DNA from: Rickettsiales bacterium
Lineage (GTDB): Bacteria > Pseudomonadota > Alphaproteobacteria > UBA8366
Direction of reading: 5' to 3'
Length of the DNA stretch: 64,000 nt
NCBI GenBank assembly: GCA_038131165.1
Contig: JAYPOZ010000008.1
Location: 3,891 to 67,890, forward strand
In this document: positions 9,138 to 18,901 of the stretch, in pieces
Numbering within the stretch: position 1 is the first letter of the stretch
How the letters are laid out: each line of letters begins with the position of its first letter
Program-made: the position numbers and the translations under genes
Notes under the pieces: generated by a model
Database searches by the model: none
What the model was told of the DNA's origin: nothing
The model's input: only the letters and a program-made list of their open reading frames with translations

Positions 9138-9847
9138 CCCAGGCGCGCCGCACCCTTGTGGGCATGCAGAATGAGGCGTTCCTGTCGAAAGGCGCCGCCG
9201 TATCCGGGAACGTCCCGGGGTCGGTGCCGGGCCAGCCGGTCGATGGCGACGAATCCGGCATCGCTCAGCATCTCGCCGAGCATGCTTTCGTTCGGCAGCA
9301 GGATGCGCCGCCCTTTCGCGCTGCGCCGCATGAGTGCCTGAGGGTCGCGCTGAAAGGCCGCGTCGTCCGCGATCTTGACCGCCACGGGGATTTCCATGAT
9401 CGCCGTCGTCCGGGTCGCGGACGCGATCAGGTCGAGCGCCAGATACGGGTGATCCAGGTGCTGGAAGACGGAGAGGAATATCACCAGATCGAAAGGGGCG
9501 CCGGCCAGACGGGCGAGATCGTAGACGGTTTTATCCTCGAACTCGATCCGCGATCCCGTGATCTCTTTCAGGAGCGCGATCTTTTCGCCGAGATGCGGGG
9601 CCCTGTCGATGCCGACGATGCGGGCCGCAAGGCGCCGCTCGGCTTCGAAGCAGAAGAAACCCTCGCTGCATCCGATGTCGAGGACGGATTTCCCCGATAG
9701 GTCTGCGGGCATCTGCAGCATCGGCAGTTTTTGTGTGGTGTAGGTGTCTTCGCCGGGCGTCGCGTAATCGCCCCCCAACGGGATGCGCTGGTACCAATCG
9801 AAGCGGTCGATCCGGGCACGGAGTTCGGGTGGCGGAAGATTTTCCAT
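9134..9847 (-). CDS. Class I SAM-dependent methyltransferase
   Basis: Motif I VLDIGCSEGFF and a post-I acidic residue (GIDRAP) are present. The stop overlaps the APH stop inside CTAG. Confidence 0.75.
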   Translation of the reverse strand: MENLPPPELRARIDRFDWYQRIPLGGDYATPGEDTYTTQKLPMLQMPADLSGKSVLDIGCSEGFFCFEAERRLAARIVGIDRAPHLGEKIALLKEITGSRIEFEDKTVYDLARLAGAPFDLVIFLSVFQHLDHPYLALDLIASATRTTAIMEIPVAVKIADDAAFQRDPQALMRRSAKGRRILLPNESMLGEMLSDAGFVAIDRLARHRPRDVPGYGGAFRQERLILHAHKGAARLG

Positions 9848-10006
9848 CTGCGGAGACAGTCGCCGGGTGTTTGTGAAAGAGGCGGATCATAGGGGAAGGC
9901 GGAACCGCCTCGCAAGCGCTGGACTTGGCGTGCCGAACCTTGCAACGTTGCGGTCACGCTGGCCTTGTAGTGGTATCGGCCATGGAAACCGTGTGGGAGG
10001 CTGTCG

Positions 10007-10567
10007 ATGATCCGAGAGACCGGTATCCGGGAGGAGCTGGCGTCGCTATTGGCGACGCTGGAACAGGTGAACCCGCTGTTCACGGAGCACAATCAGATCG
10101 GCGTTACCGCCAGGCCCGGTGTCGCCGATCCGTTATACGATGCGGTCGGCTGGTTGCCGGAAGGGGCGGCCGAAGCCGATTATTCGGAGATCAACGAGCC
10201 CTTTCTCGGCACCGCGATCGAAGACCTATTGCGAAAACTCCCTTTCGCTTACGGCCGCACGCGGTTGATGCGCATGCGCCCGAAATCCTGTCTGTCGATC
10301 CATGCCGACCCGACCCGCCGTTATCATTTTGCCTTAATCACGAATCCCGGTTGTTTCATCGTCGGCGTGTCCGGAGATAAGGGCGGTTTCCATCATATTC
10401 CGGCGGACGGGCAGCTTTACGAGATGGATGCCCACCGCACGCACACGGCGATGAATACGGGCAATCAGGACCGCATTCACCTGGTCATCACGCCGGCCGA
10501 TCCGACTCGCCCGCCGAACGCCGATCCCGTCGGCAGGCGGCGTTTGGAGACGCGCAATGGCGCATGA
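10007..10567 (+). CDS. Cupin-fold 2OG/Fe(II) oxygenase, aspartyl/asparaginyl beta-hydroxylase-like
   Basis: LSIHADP (HxD), RYHFALITNPGCFIV, and the distal His in DAHRTHTAMNTGNQDRIHLVI are present. Family assignment is by remembered pattern. Confidence 0.6.
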   Translation: MIRETGIREELASLLATLEQVNPLFTEHNQIGVTARPGVADPLYDAVGWLPEGAAEADYSEINEPFLGTAIEDLLRKLPFAYGRTRLMRMRPKSCLSIHADPTRRYHFALITNPGCFIVGVSGDKGGFHHIPADGQLYEMDAHRTHTAMNTGNQDRIHLVITPADPTRPPNADPVGRRRLETRNGA

Positions 10568-10711
10568 ATTTGTGCGATGGCAGAGCGCTCATTGTCATGC
10601 TAAGACTCTGCCGGTCTCAGGGAGAGGCCGGAGGTGCGGCACGATAAAGAATGCGCGTCCTTCGGAGAGTGTCGACCTGGGATTGCGGGGAAGGTTTGGT
10701 AATTCGACGAT

Positions 10712-12619
10712 TTGGGGGCTGGGGGCGAGCCGTTGACCGACTTGCTGACTGTTAAGGATTTACGGGTTAAGTTCCGCGTTCACGGGGGGATCGTCGACGC
10801 GGTGAAGGGTGCGTCGTTCACCATCCGCCAGGGCTCTACCGTCGCGCTCGTGGGCGAATCGGGTTCGGGTAAATCGGTCATTTCCCAGTGCGTAATGGGA
10901 ATATTGCCCAACGTCGGCGAAATTACCGGCGGCGAGATTCTGTTCGCCGACCCTCAGAAACCGGGCGAGATTGTCGACATTGCGAAGATGCCGCAGGACA
11001 GCGGGGAGATGCGAGGCATCCGCGGCGGTCGCATTTCGATCATTTTCCAAGAACCGATGACGTCTCTGTCGCAGCTGCACACGATCGGCGATCAGATCGG
11101 CGAAGCCCTGCATCTTCACCGCGACGTCAGCAAGCCGGAAGGCGTGCGTCTGGTCACCGAAATTCTCGGTCTCGTCGGTTTTCCTGACCCTGTGCGGGCG
11201 CTCAGAATGTATCCCTTCGAGCTGTCGGGCGGATTGCGCCAGCGCGCAATGATTGCGATGGCCCTGGTCTGCCGGCCTGCCCTGTTGATTGCCGACGAGC
11301 CGACGACCGCACTCGACGTTTCGATCCAGGCGCAAATCCTGAAACTGATTGGCAATCTTCAGGATGAACTTGGCATGGCCGTATTGATGATCACCCATGA
11401 TCTGGGGGTTGTTGCCAATATCGCCGAGGAAGTCGTCGTGATGTATCACGGCGAAATCATGGAATGCGGCACGGTCGGCGATATTTACGAGAATCCGCAG
11501 CATCCCTATCTCAAAGGGTTGATGAAGGCGGTGCCCCACTTCGATATGAAGCCGGGCGAACGGCTGGTCCCGCTCCGCGAAATCGTTCAGCAGACGGGCC
11601 CGGTGATGGTCGAGCGGGAGCCGTGGCCGGAAGGCGCAGACGCCGCCGGGCCGTTGCTCGATGTCCGCAATGTCGTAAAACGCTATACGACCCGGAAGAG
11701 CGGGCTGTTCGGCGGGGGCGCGGAGACGTCGGTCGCGGCGGTCAACGATGTGAGCTTCGAGATCCGGCGCGGCGAATGTTTCGGCCTCGTGGGGGAAAGC
11801 GGTAGCGGGAAGACCTCCGTCAGCAAGCTCATCATGCGGGCGGTGACGCCCGACGAAGGACAGATTCTGTACAACGACCGCGGTGTGCAGACGGACATAT
11901 TGAAGCTTGAGGATCAGGCGTTGATGGATTTCCGCCGCAAGATCCAAATGGTATTCCAAGACCCCTTCGGATCCTTGAACCCGCGGATGACGGTCTTCGA
12001 CGTCATCAGAGAGCCCTTGATCATTCATGAGATCGGCGACGCGAAAACCCAGGGCGAGATGGTGCAGGAACTGATGCGGCTGGTCGGACTCGATCCCCGG
12101 TTCCTCAATCGCTATCCGCACAGTTTTTCCGGCGGCCAGCGCCAGCGGATCGGGATCGCGAGGGCCTTGGCGCTAAAGCCCGATCTGCTCATTTGCGACG
12201 AGCCGGTCTCCGCGCTCGATGTTTCGATCCAAGCTCAGATACTTAATCTATTCAAGGATATGCAGGAAGAGCTCGGTCTGACCTACCTGTTTATTTCGCA
12301 TAATCTCGCGGTCGTCGACTATGTCGCCGATCGCATTGCAGTCATGTGCCGCGGCGAAATTGTCGAAATCGCTCCGCGCGAGACCCTCTTCCGGAATCCG
12401 GTGCACCATTACACGCGCTCGCTGATGGCGGCGGTGCCCTACCCGGATCTTAATCGGCGATTGGACTTCGACGCCTTCGGAAGCGGGGGAATTTCGGACC
12501 CCGCGAGCTGGCCGGAGCCCTTCGCTTTCAGCCAGGGCCGGGCCGTGCGCATGCACGATCTGGGGGATGAACATTTCGTGTTGGCGGCGGAAGATGCGGC
12601 AATGGAGGCTTATCAATGA
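10712..12619 (+). CDS. Peptide/nickel-type ABC transporter, fused double ATP-binding protein (YejF-like)
   Basis: Two complete NBDs: GESGSGKSV...LSGGLRQR...[11 protein letters not shown] and GESGSGKTS...FSGGQRQR...[11 protein letters not shown]. The track start is TTG, and TTG 10733 is also possible. Confidence 0.9.
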   Translation: MGAGGEPLTDLLTVKDLRVKFRVHGGIVDAVKGASFTIRQGSTVALVGESGSGKSVISQCVMGILPNVGEITGGEILFADPQKPGEIVDIAKMPQDSGEMRGIRGGRISIIFQEPMTSLSQLHTIGDQIGEALHLHRDVSKPEGVRLVTEILGLVGFPDPVRALRMYPFELSGGLRQRAMIAMALVCRPALLIADEPTTALDVSIQAQILKLIGNLQDELGMAVLMITHDLGVVANIAEEVVVMYHGEIMECGTVGDIYENPQHPYLKGLMKAVPHFDMKPGERLVPLREIVQQTGPVMVEREPWPEGADAAGPLLDVRNVVKRYTTRKSGLFGGGAETSVAAVNDVSFEIRRGECFGLVGESGSGKTSVSKLIMRAVTPDEGQILYNDRGVQTDILKLEDQALMDFRRKIQMVFQDPFGSLNPRMTVFDVIREPLIIHEIGDAKTQGEMVQELMRLVGLDPRFLNRYPHSFSGGQRQRIGIARALALKPDLLICDEPVSALDVSIQAQILNLFKDMQEELGLTYLFISHNLAVVDYVADRIAVMCRGEIVEIAPRETLFRNPVHHYTRSLMAAVPYPDLNRRLDFDAFGSGGISDPASWPEPFAFSQGRAVRMHDLGDEHFVLAAEDAAMEAYQ

Positions 12620-14529
12620 TCCAGTTACCCCGTAGCCTGGCGGTGATGACGCTGGGTGTTATCGTGGCCGTTATCTCTCCGGCAATGGCGGAACGGCCGA
12701 CGCTTGTCGAGACGCCCAGCCTCGCCGACGACGTTAAAGCGGGTAAATTGCCGCCGATCGGCGAGCGTGTGCCCGTGGATGTCGATGTGATGAATATGAA
12801 ATCGCTCGGCAAGGTGCCCGGACAGCACGGCGGAAAACTCCGTTTCCTGATGGGGAAGCAGAAAGATACCAAGATGATGATGGTCTACGGGTATGCGCGG
12901 TTGATCGCGTATGACCGGGGCCTGAACTTCGTCCCGGATATATTGCAGAGCTTCGACGTGAAGGAGGAACGACAATTCACGTTCCGGCTACGCAAGGGGC
13001 ATAAATGGTCGGACGGCCATCCCTTCACGGCGGAGGACTTCCGCTATTACTGGGAGGACATGGCGACCGACAAGGACGTCTCCCAAAAAGGTCTGTCGTC
13101 CGCCCTCTTGGTCGATGGCGAAGGACCGACCTTCGAAGTCCTGGACGAGACGACCGTGCGCTATACCTGGGCCAAGCCAAATCCGAATTTCATCCCCTGG
13201 ATTACCCGGCCCCGCCCGTTGCTGCTGTACCGGCCGGCGCATTACCTCAAGCAGTTTCACGCCAAATACTCGGACGAGGCGAAACTCAACGAGATGGCGA
13301 AGACGGAGAACAAGCGCAATTGGGCGGACATCCACAACGACCGCGACCGATGGTACCGCATGGACAATCCGGACCGTCCGACCTTGCAGCCCTGGTATAA
13401 TTCGGTCACGCCACCGTCGGAGCGGTTCATCTTCAAGCGCAATCCGTATTACCACAGGATCGACGAGAACGGCCGTCAGTTGCCCTATATCGACGACGTG
13501 GTCGTCAACCTCGGGGCCACCAACATGGTCCCGGCGCGCACGGGTTCCGGCGAGGCCGACCTTCAGGCGCGCTATTTGCGCTTTGACCATTTTACCTTTC
13601 TCAAGGAAAGCGCCGAGCGTTACGACTTCACCGTGCGGTTATGGCGCAAGGCCCGCGGATCGCAGATCGCATTGTTTCCGAACCTGAACGCCAAGGACGA
13701 GACCTGGCGCAAACTGTTCCATGATGTGCGGTTCCGGCGAGCGCTTTCGGTTGCGATCAATCGCGCCGAAATCAACCAGGTCATTTACTATGGTTTGGCA
13801 AAGGCCAGCCAGGACACCGTCCTGGAGGAAAGCCCCCTCTTCAAGCCGAAATACCAGACGGCCTGGACGGAATTCGACACCAAGAAGGCGAACCAACTCC
13901 TCGACGAGATCGGATTGACGAAACGCGATGCGGAGAACATTCGGCTTCTGCCGGACGGCCGGCCCGCCGTGATCACCATCGAGACGGCCGGCGAGAGCAC
14001 GGAGCAGACGGATGTCCTGGAGTTGGTGCGCGATGGCTGGAGCCGGGTCGGAATCAAGCTGCTGACCAAACCGTCCCAGCGCGAAGTCTTCCGCCAACGC
14101 ATCTATGCGGGCGATACCATCATGTCGGTCTGGTCGGGGGTATCGAACGGTATTCCGACGGCGTTGATGAGCCCGGAAGAGTTCACGCCCTCCAACAAGC
14201 TGCAGTTCCAGTGGCCGCATTGGGGACACTACGTTCAGTCCGAAGGCAAGGCGGGAGAGGTCCCGGATTTGCCGTCGGCAAAGCGGCTGGTCGAACTCAA
14301 TAATGCCTGGCTGCATGGGATCGATCGGCAGGAAAAGGCCAAGATTTGGCATGAGATTTTGCAAATCCACGCGGATAATGTATTCGTGATCGGATTGATC
14401 AACGCAACTTTGCAGCCGATTGTGGTAAATAAGAATCTGCGCAATGTCCCGACGGAAGGGTTCTACAATTGGCACCCTGGGGCCTATTTCGGGATTTATC
14501 GGCCGGCGACGTTCTGGTATGCGAAATAA
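12616..14529 (+). CDS. ABC transporter substrate-binding protein, family 5 (peptide/opine/nickel)
   Basis: 637 aa with an N-terminal signal-like segment. There is an ATGA overlap with the ATPase gene. The SBP_bac_5-like length and composition fit. Confidence 0.9.
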   Translation: MIQLPRSLAVMTLGVIVAVISPAMAERPTLVETPSLADDVKAGKLPPIGERVPVDVDVMNMKSLGKVPGQHGGKLRFLMGKQKDTKMMMVYGYARLIAYDRGLNFVPDILQSFDVKEERQFTFRLRKGHKWSDGHPFTAEDFRYYWEDMATDKDVSQKGLSSALLVDGEGPTFEVLDETTVRYTWAKPNPNFIPWITRPRPLLLYRPAHYLKQFHAKYSDEAKLNEMAKTENKRNWADIHNDRDRWYRMDNPDRPTLQPWYNSVTPPSERFIFKRNPYYHRIDENGRQLPYIDDVVVNLGATNMVPARTGSGEADLQARYLRFDHFTFLKESAERYDFTVRLWRKARGSQIALFPNLNAKDETWRKLFHDVRFRRALSVAINRAEINQVIYYGLAKASQDTVLEESPLFKPKYQTAWTEFDTKKANQLLDEIGLTKRDAENIRLLPDGRPAVITIETAGESTEQTDVLELVRDGWSRVGIKLLTKPSQREVFRQRIYAGDTIMSVWSGVSNGIPTALMSPEEFTPSNKLQFQWPHWGHYVQSEGKAGEVPDLPSAKRLVELNNAWLHGIDRQEKAKIWHEILQIHADNVFVIGLINATLQPIVVNKNLRNVPTEGFYNWHPGAYFGIYRPATFWYAK

Positions 14530-14607
14530 TCGGCGGAAGAATGTTGTGAACAAGTTGGACCGGCACGCGCACGAGAGCAGATCGGCGGAAGGGCGAACGA
14601 GAGTTTA

Positions 14608-15606
14608 ATGCTGCAGTACCTCGTTCGCCGAATTCTCATTATGATCCCGACCTTGCTCGCGATCAGCCTCATCGTCTTCTTGATCATCGAGCTGCCGCCC
14701 GGCGACTACCTCGAAAGCTATATCTCCGAGCTTCAGGCGCAGGGCGAAACCGTCGACCAGAAGCATATCGAATTTCTGCGCGAGCAATACGGCTTCGACA
14801 AGCCGGTCATGACGCGGTACTGGGAATGGCTCACCGGCATGATGGTCGGCGATTTCGGTTTTTCCTTCGAATATCGCCTGCCGGTTTCCGAGGTCGTCGG
14901 CGACCGTTTGTTTCTGACGATCCTGGTGTCTACCGTCACCATAATATTCACCTGGGTCATCGCGTTCCCGATCGGCCTCTATTCCGCGACCCATCAGTAC
15001 AGCTGGGGCGACTACGGCCTGACCTTCATCGGTCTGCTCGGATTGGCGACGCCCAACTTCCTGCTCGCGTTGATCATGCTGTATTTCGCGAACGTCATCT
15101 TCGGCACGTCGATCGGCGGCTTGATGGATCCCGACTATATCGACCAGCCGTGGAGTTGGGGCAAGTTCCTCTCGGTCCTGGAGCACCTGTGGATTCCCGT
15201 TGTCGTCATCGGTACGTCGGGGACGGCCGGCATGATCCGGCGGTTGCGGGCCAATCTGCTGGATGAATTGCAGAAGCAATACGTGACCACCGCGCGCGCC
15301 AAGGGGTTGCCGCCGCTGCGGTTGCTGTTGAAATATCCGCTTCGGACGGCCATCAATTTCTTCGTCGCGGACATCGGCAGCCTGCTGCCCAACATCATAT
15401 CGGGCGCCGAACTCGTCGCGGTCGTCCTGTCCTTGCCGACGACCGGCCCTGTGCTGATTGCGGCGCTGCAGAGTCAGGATATGTACCTGGCCGGCTCATT
15501 CTTGATGTTCCTGGCCTCGTTGACCGTCATCGGGGTTTTGATCTCGGATATTCTATTGGCCTGGCTCGATCCGCGCATCCGCCTTGCCGGGGGAGCCGCG
15601 AAATGA
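14608..15606 (+). CDS. ABC transporter permease (DppB/YejB-like)
   Basis: Six-TM BPD_transp_1 type with an EAA-like loop TARAKGLP. Confidence 0.9.
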   Translation: MLQYLVRRILIMIPTLLAISLIVFLIIELPPGDYLESYISELQAQGETVDQKHIEFLREQYGFDKPVMTRYWEWLTGMMVGDFGFSFEYRLPVSEVVGDRLFLTILVSTVTIIFTWVIAFPIGLYSATHQYSWGDYGLTFIGLLGLATPNFLLALIMLYFANVIFGTSIGGLMDPDYIDQPWSWGKFLSVLEHLWIPVVVIGTSGTAGMIRRLRANLLDELQKQYVTTARAKGLPPLRLLLKYPLRTAINFFVADIGSLLPNIISGAELVAVVLSLPTTGPVLIAALQSQDMYLAGSFLMFLASLTVIGVLISDILLAWLDPRIRLAGGAAK

Positions 15607-16775
15607 GCGCCGACACCGGCAGCGGCCGCAAGCTCGAGCATTTTGTCTCGCAGGCGCCTTTCGATCCGCACGCCATCGAGGCCCTGTCGCCGGAGCAGGA
15701 ACGCTATTACATGGCGTCCCAGTGGCAGCTCATGTGGTGGAAATTCATCCGCCACCGCCTGGCGCTGATTTCGGGCGGTTTCCTGCTGATCATGTACGCG
15801 TCGATCCTGATCAGCGAGTTTCTGGCGCCCTACAATCTACATACCCGGAATATCAACTCCATCTACGCGCCGCCGCAATCCCTGCACATGTTCCACGAGG
15901 GCGCGTTCATCGGGCCGTTCGTGTATGGAAATCGCTTTACGTTGAACCTCTCCACGCTGAGCCGGGAATATAAGGAAGACACGACGAAGATTTACCGGGT
16001 TCAGTTCTTCTGCCGGGGAGACGCTTATAAATTCTGGGGTTATCTCGATAGCGACCTGCACCTTTTCTGCGTTGAAGAGGGCGGTACGCTGTTTCTCCTG
16101 GGAACCGACCGCCTCGGCCGGGACATCCTGTCGCGCATGATTTACGGCGCGCGGATTTCCCTGACGATCGGGTTGATCGGCATTACGCTGAGTTTTCTGC
16201 TGGGCATGGTGATCGGCGGCATCGCCGGATACTACGGCGGGGTCATCGATCTGGTGGTCCAGCGCATGATCGAGATTCTGCAGTCCTTTCCGCAAATCCC
16301 GCTCTGGATGGCGCTCTCCGCCGTCTTGCCCGTGACGTGGAGTCCCTTGCTGATTTATTTCGGCATTACGGTGATCCTGGCGATGATCGATTGGACGGGT
16401 CTGGCGCGCGCCGTGCGCTCGAAGCTGCTGGCGTTGCGCGAGGAGGATTATTGCCTGGCCGCGCAATTGATGGGCGCCAAGCCGAAGCGAATCATCGGCC
16501 GACACCTGATGCCGGGCTTCATGAGCCACTTGATCGCGTCGGCGACCTTGTCGATCCCGACGATGATCCTGGGCGAGACGGCGCTGTCTTTCCTGGGGCT
16601 GGGGCTGCGGCCGCCGGTGACAAGTTGGGGCGTTCTGCTGAACGAAGCGCAAAACATCAGCGTCGTCGCGCTCTATCCCTGGTTGATCCTGCCGGTCGTG
16701 CCCGTCGTGCTGGTCATCCTGGCGTTCAGTTTTCTCGGCGACGGTCTCCGCGACGCGGCCGACCCCTACAAGTAG
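15603..16775 (+). CDS. ABC transporter permease (DppC/YejE-like)
   Basis: There is an ATGA overlap with the preceding permease. LGTDRLGRD and AAQLMGAKPKRIIGRHLMP motifs are present. Confidence 0.9.
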   Translation: MSADTGSGRKLEHFVSQAPFDPHAIEALSPEQERYYMASQWQLMWWKFIRHRLALISGGFLLIMYASILISEFLAPYNLHTRNINSIYAPPQSLHMFHEGAFIGPFVYGNRFTLNLSTLSREYKEDTTKIYRVQFFCRGDAYKFWGYLDSDLHLFCVEEGGTLFLLGTDRLGRDILSRMIYGARISLTIGLIGITLSFLLGMVIGGIAGYYGGVIDLVVQRMIEILQSFPQIPLWMALSAVLPVTWSPLLIYFGITVILAMIDWTGLARAVRSKLLALREEDYCLAAQLMGAKPKRIIGRHLMPGFMSHLIASATLSIPTMILGETALSFLGLGLRPPVTSWGVLLNEAQNISVVALYPWLILPVVPVVLVILAFSFLGDGLRDAADPYK

Positions 16776-16800
16776 ACACCCGGCGCCGCCGCTCCGTGCT

Positions 16801-17511
16801 TCAGAGGGCGGCGGTATGGCGCTCGAAATTGCGGGTGCAGATATCCTTCAGGACGGCCGGCATATACGAATAGTAGCGCCCCTTGCGCGATTGCCGCATG
16901 GCGTCGAAGCCGCCGCTTTCCTGAAACCGCTCCAGCGCGGACAGGGCCATGCCGACGGATAGGTCGCAGGCGGCCCGCCGAAGGTCGGCCAGCGGCATGC
17001 CGCGCGAGAGCGGCACGGGCCTGCGGTCGACGATGGCCCCGGTGTCCAGTTCCGGCTCGATCCTGTGCAGAGTCATCCGCAGGGCGTCGAAGTCGCGGTG
17101 ATAGATCGGCCAGAGATGGCAATCGAGGCCCCGGTACTCTTCCGGATCGCCATTGTGAAAATTCAGAATGCCGTCGCGGCAGCAATCCAACACTTCCGCG
17201 CCAAGCGGCCCGGTCCCGTAGACCAGCACCACTTCGGGCTTCAACGCGCGCAGCGAGGCGACCGCCGCGGGGTCGTTCAAGGTCTCGTGGCGTTCCGTGG
17301 CCGCGATATCGTCGAATCTGGGCGGCGACCCATTGTACCAATGCGCGCTCTCCCGCTCGTTGCGCGCCGTGTCCAGCGGATGGTCGGTCGGGATTGGCGG
17401 TGGCGGATCGCGGGTCTCGATCATGACTTTCGCGACGGCGAAGCGCTGCTGCAGCCGTTCGACGAAATAGCGGCGCCGTACCGAGCCCGTGGTGAGGACG
17501 GCTAGGCGCAT
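16801..17511 (-). CDS. Formyltransferase-fold protein (catalytic N-domain only)
   Basis: NFHNGDPEEYRGLD matches the N-x-H...RG motif and EPELDTGAIVD matches the catalytic Asp region. At 236 aa there is no Fmt C-terminal domain. Confidence 0.65.
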   Translation of the reverse strand: MRLAVLTTGSVRRRYFVERLQQRFAVAKVMIETRDPPPPIPTDHPLDTARNERESAHWYNGSPPRFDDIAATERHETLNDPAAVASLRALKPEVVLVYGTGPLGAEVLDCCRDGILNFHNGDPEEYRGLDCHLWPIYHRDFDALRMTLHRIEPELDTGAIVDRRPVPLSRGMPLADLRRAACDLSVGMALSALERFQESGGFDAMRQSRKGRYYSYMPAVLKDICTRNFERHTAAL

Positions 17512-17674
17512 CGCTTTTCACTGTCGCGCAGGAACATGCTGGAACTTCGCGGTTTTTGTTACTGACCCTTCCATAGATATGTCATATGGTTACGAAAATC
17601 ACGCGAGCTGAAGCGAAGCGGGGGCGGGGAATGGATTATGCTCCGAGGGATCAACGGAAATTTCCGGATGCCAA

Positions 17675-18892
17675 ATGACTGATCGTATGGACGGTGTCAG
17701 GGTCCTGATCTACAGCCACGATACGTTTGGGCTGGGGCACCTGCGCCGGTGCCGCACCATCGCCCATGCCCTGGTCGAGAAATATAAGGGGCTCTCCGTC
17801 TTGATTCTTTCGGGCTCGCCGATCATCGGGAGTTTCGATTTCAGGGCGCGCGTCGATTTCGTCCGTATTCCGGGCGTGATCAAGCTCTATAACGGCGAAT
17901 ACACCTCGCTCGGGCTGCATCTGGACCTGTCGCAGACCATGGCGATCCGCAGCTCGATCATCCAGCATACGGCGGAGATTTTCGCGCCGGACCTTTTCAT
18001 CGTCGACAAGGAACCGCTGGGCCTGCGCGGAGAGCTGCAGGAGACGCTTGCCATGATGAAGGCGCGCGGGACGACCTTGGTGCTCGGGCTTCGGGACGTC
18101 ATGGACGAGCCCGGCCTGCTGCGGCGCGAATGGCAGTCGCGCGATTTGCTGCCGGTTCTCGAGAATCTCTATGACGAGATATGGGTCTATGGCCATAAGC
18201 GCTTCTGGGACCCGCTCGCGGAAATGGATGTGCCCGACTCCGTGCGCGATAAAATGATCTATACGGGATATCTGCGGCGCACGGTGCCGCAAGCGACGAA
18301 ACTGCCCCCCGCCGTGGATTTGGAGCAGCCTTATCTGCTGGTGACCGCCGGCGGCGGCGGCGACGGCGACCAGATGATGGACTGGGTGTTGCGCGCCTAC
18401 GAGACCGGCGCGGATCTGATGCGGGCCGTATTGGTCCTGGGGCCGTTCATGAAACCGGAAATGCAATCGGAAGTGCGCGAGCGCGCCGCAGCACTCGACG
18501 CGGTTCAGGTGCTGACCTTCGACAGCCATCTGGAAATTCTGATGGAAAAGGCGGCAGGCGTGGTCGCGATGGGCGGCTACAACACCTTTTGCGAGATATT
18601 GTCGCTCGATAAGCCGGCGCTGATCATGCCCCGGGTCGCACCGCGCAAGGAACAGCTGATCCGGGCGCAACGCGCGGCGGAACTGGGTATTGCCCGCATG
18701 TTCGATCCGTCGGAACCGCAGAGTGTCGACGGCTTTGTCGCTGCGTTGCGGCAGCTGCCCACGCAACCGCCACCGTCGCGATCGATGCTGCCGGGCTTCA
18801 TGGACGGCATCGAGAATGTGGGAGAGCTGGCGGGACGTCATTTTCATCCCAAGGCCGCCCGGCGATTGTCGCTGGTGGAAACCGGCGGGTAG
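17675..18892 (+). CDS. GT-B glycosyltransferase, MurG/GT28-C-like (COG4671-type as far as I recall)
   Basis: N-terminal VLIYSHDTFGLGHLRRCRTIAHAL and C-terminal GGYNTFCEILSLDKPALIMPR are present. Confidence 0.7.
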   Translation: MTDRMDGVRVLIYSHDTFGLGHLRRCRTIAHALVEKYKGLSVLILSGSPIIGSFDFRARVDFVRIPGVIKLYNGEYTSLGLHLDLSQTMAIRSSIIQHTAEIFAPDLFIVDKEPLGLRGELQETLAMMKARGTTLVLGLRDVMDEPGLLRREWQSRDLLPVLENLYDEIWVYGHKRFWDPLAEMDVPDSVRDKMIYTGYLRRTVPQATKLPPAVDLEQPYLLVTAGGGGDGDQMMDWVLRAYETGADLMRAVLVLGPFMKPEMQSEVRERAAALDAVQVLTFDSHLEILMEKAAGVVAMGGYNTFCEILSLDKPALIMPRVAPRKEQLIRAQRAAELGIARMFDPSEPQSVDGFVAALRQLPTQPPPSRSMLPGFMDGIENVGELAGRHFHPKAARRLSLVETGG

Positions 18893-18901
18893 GGCGCTCC
18901 C

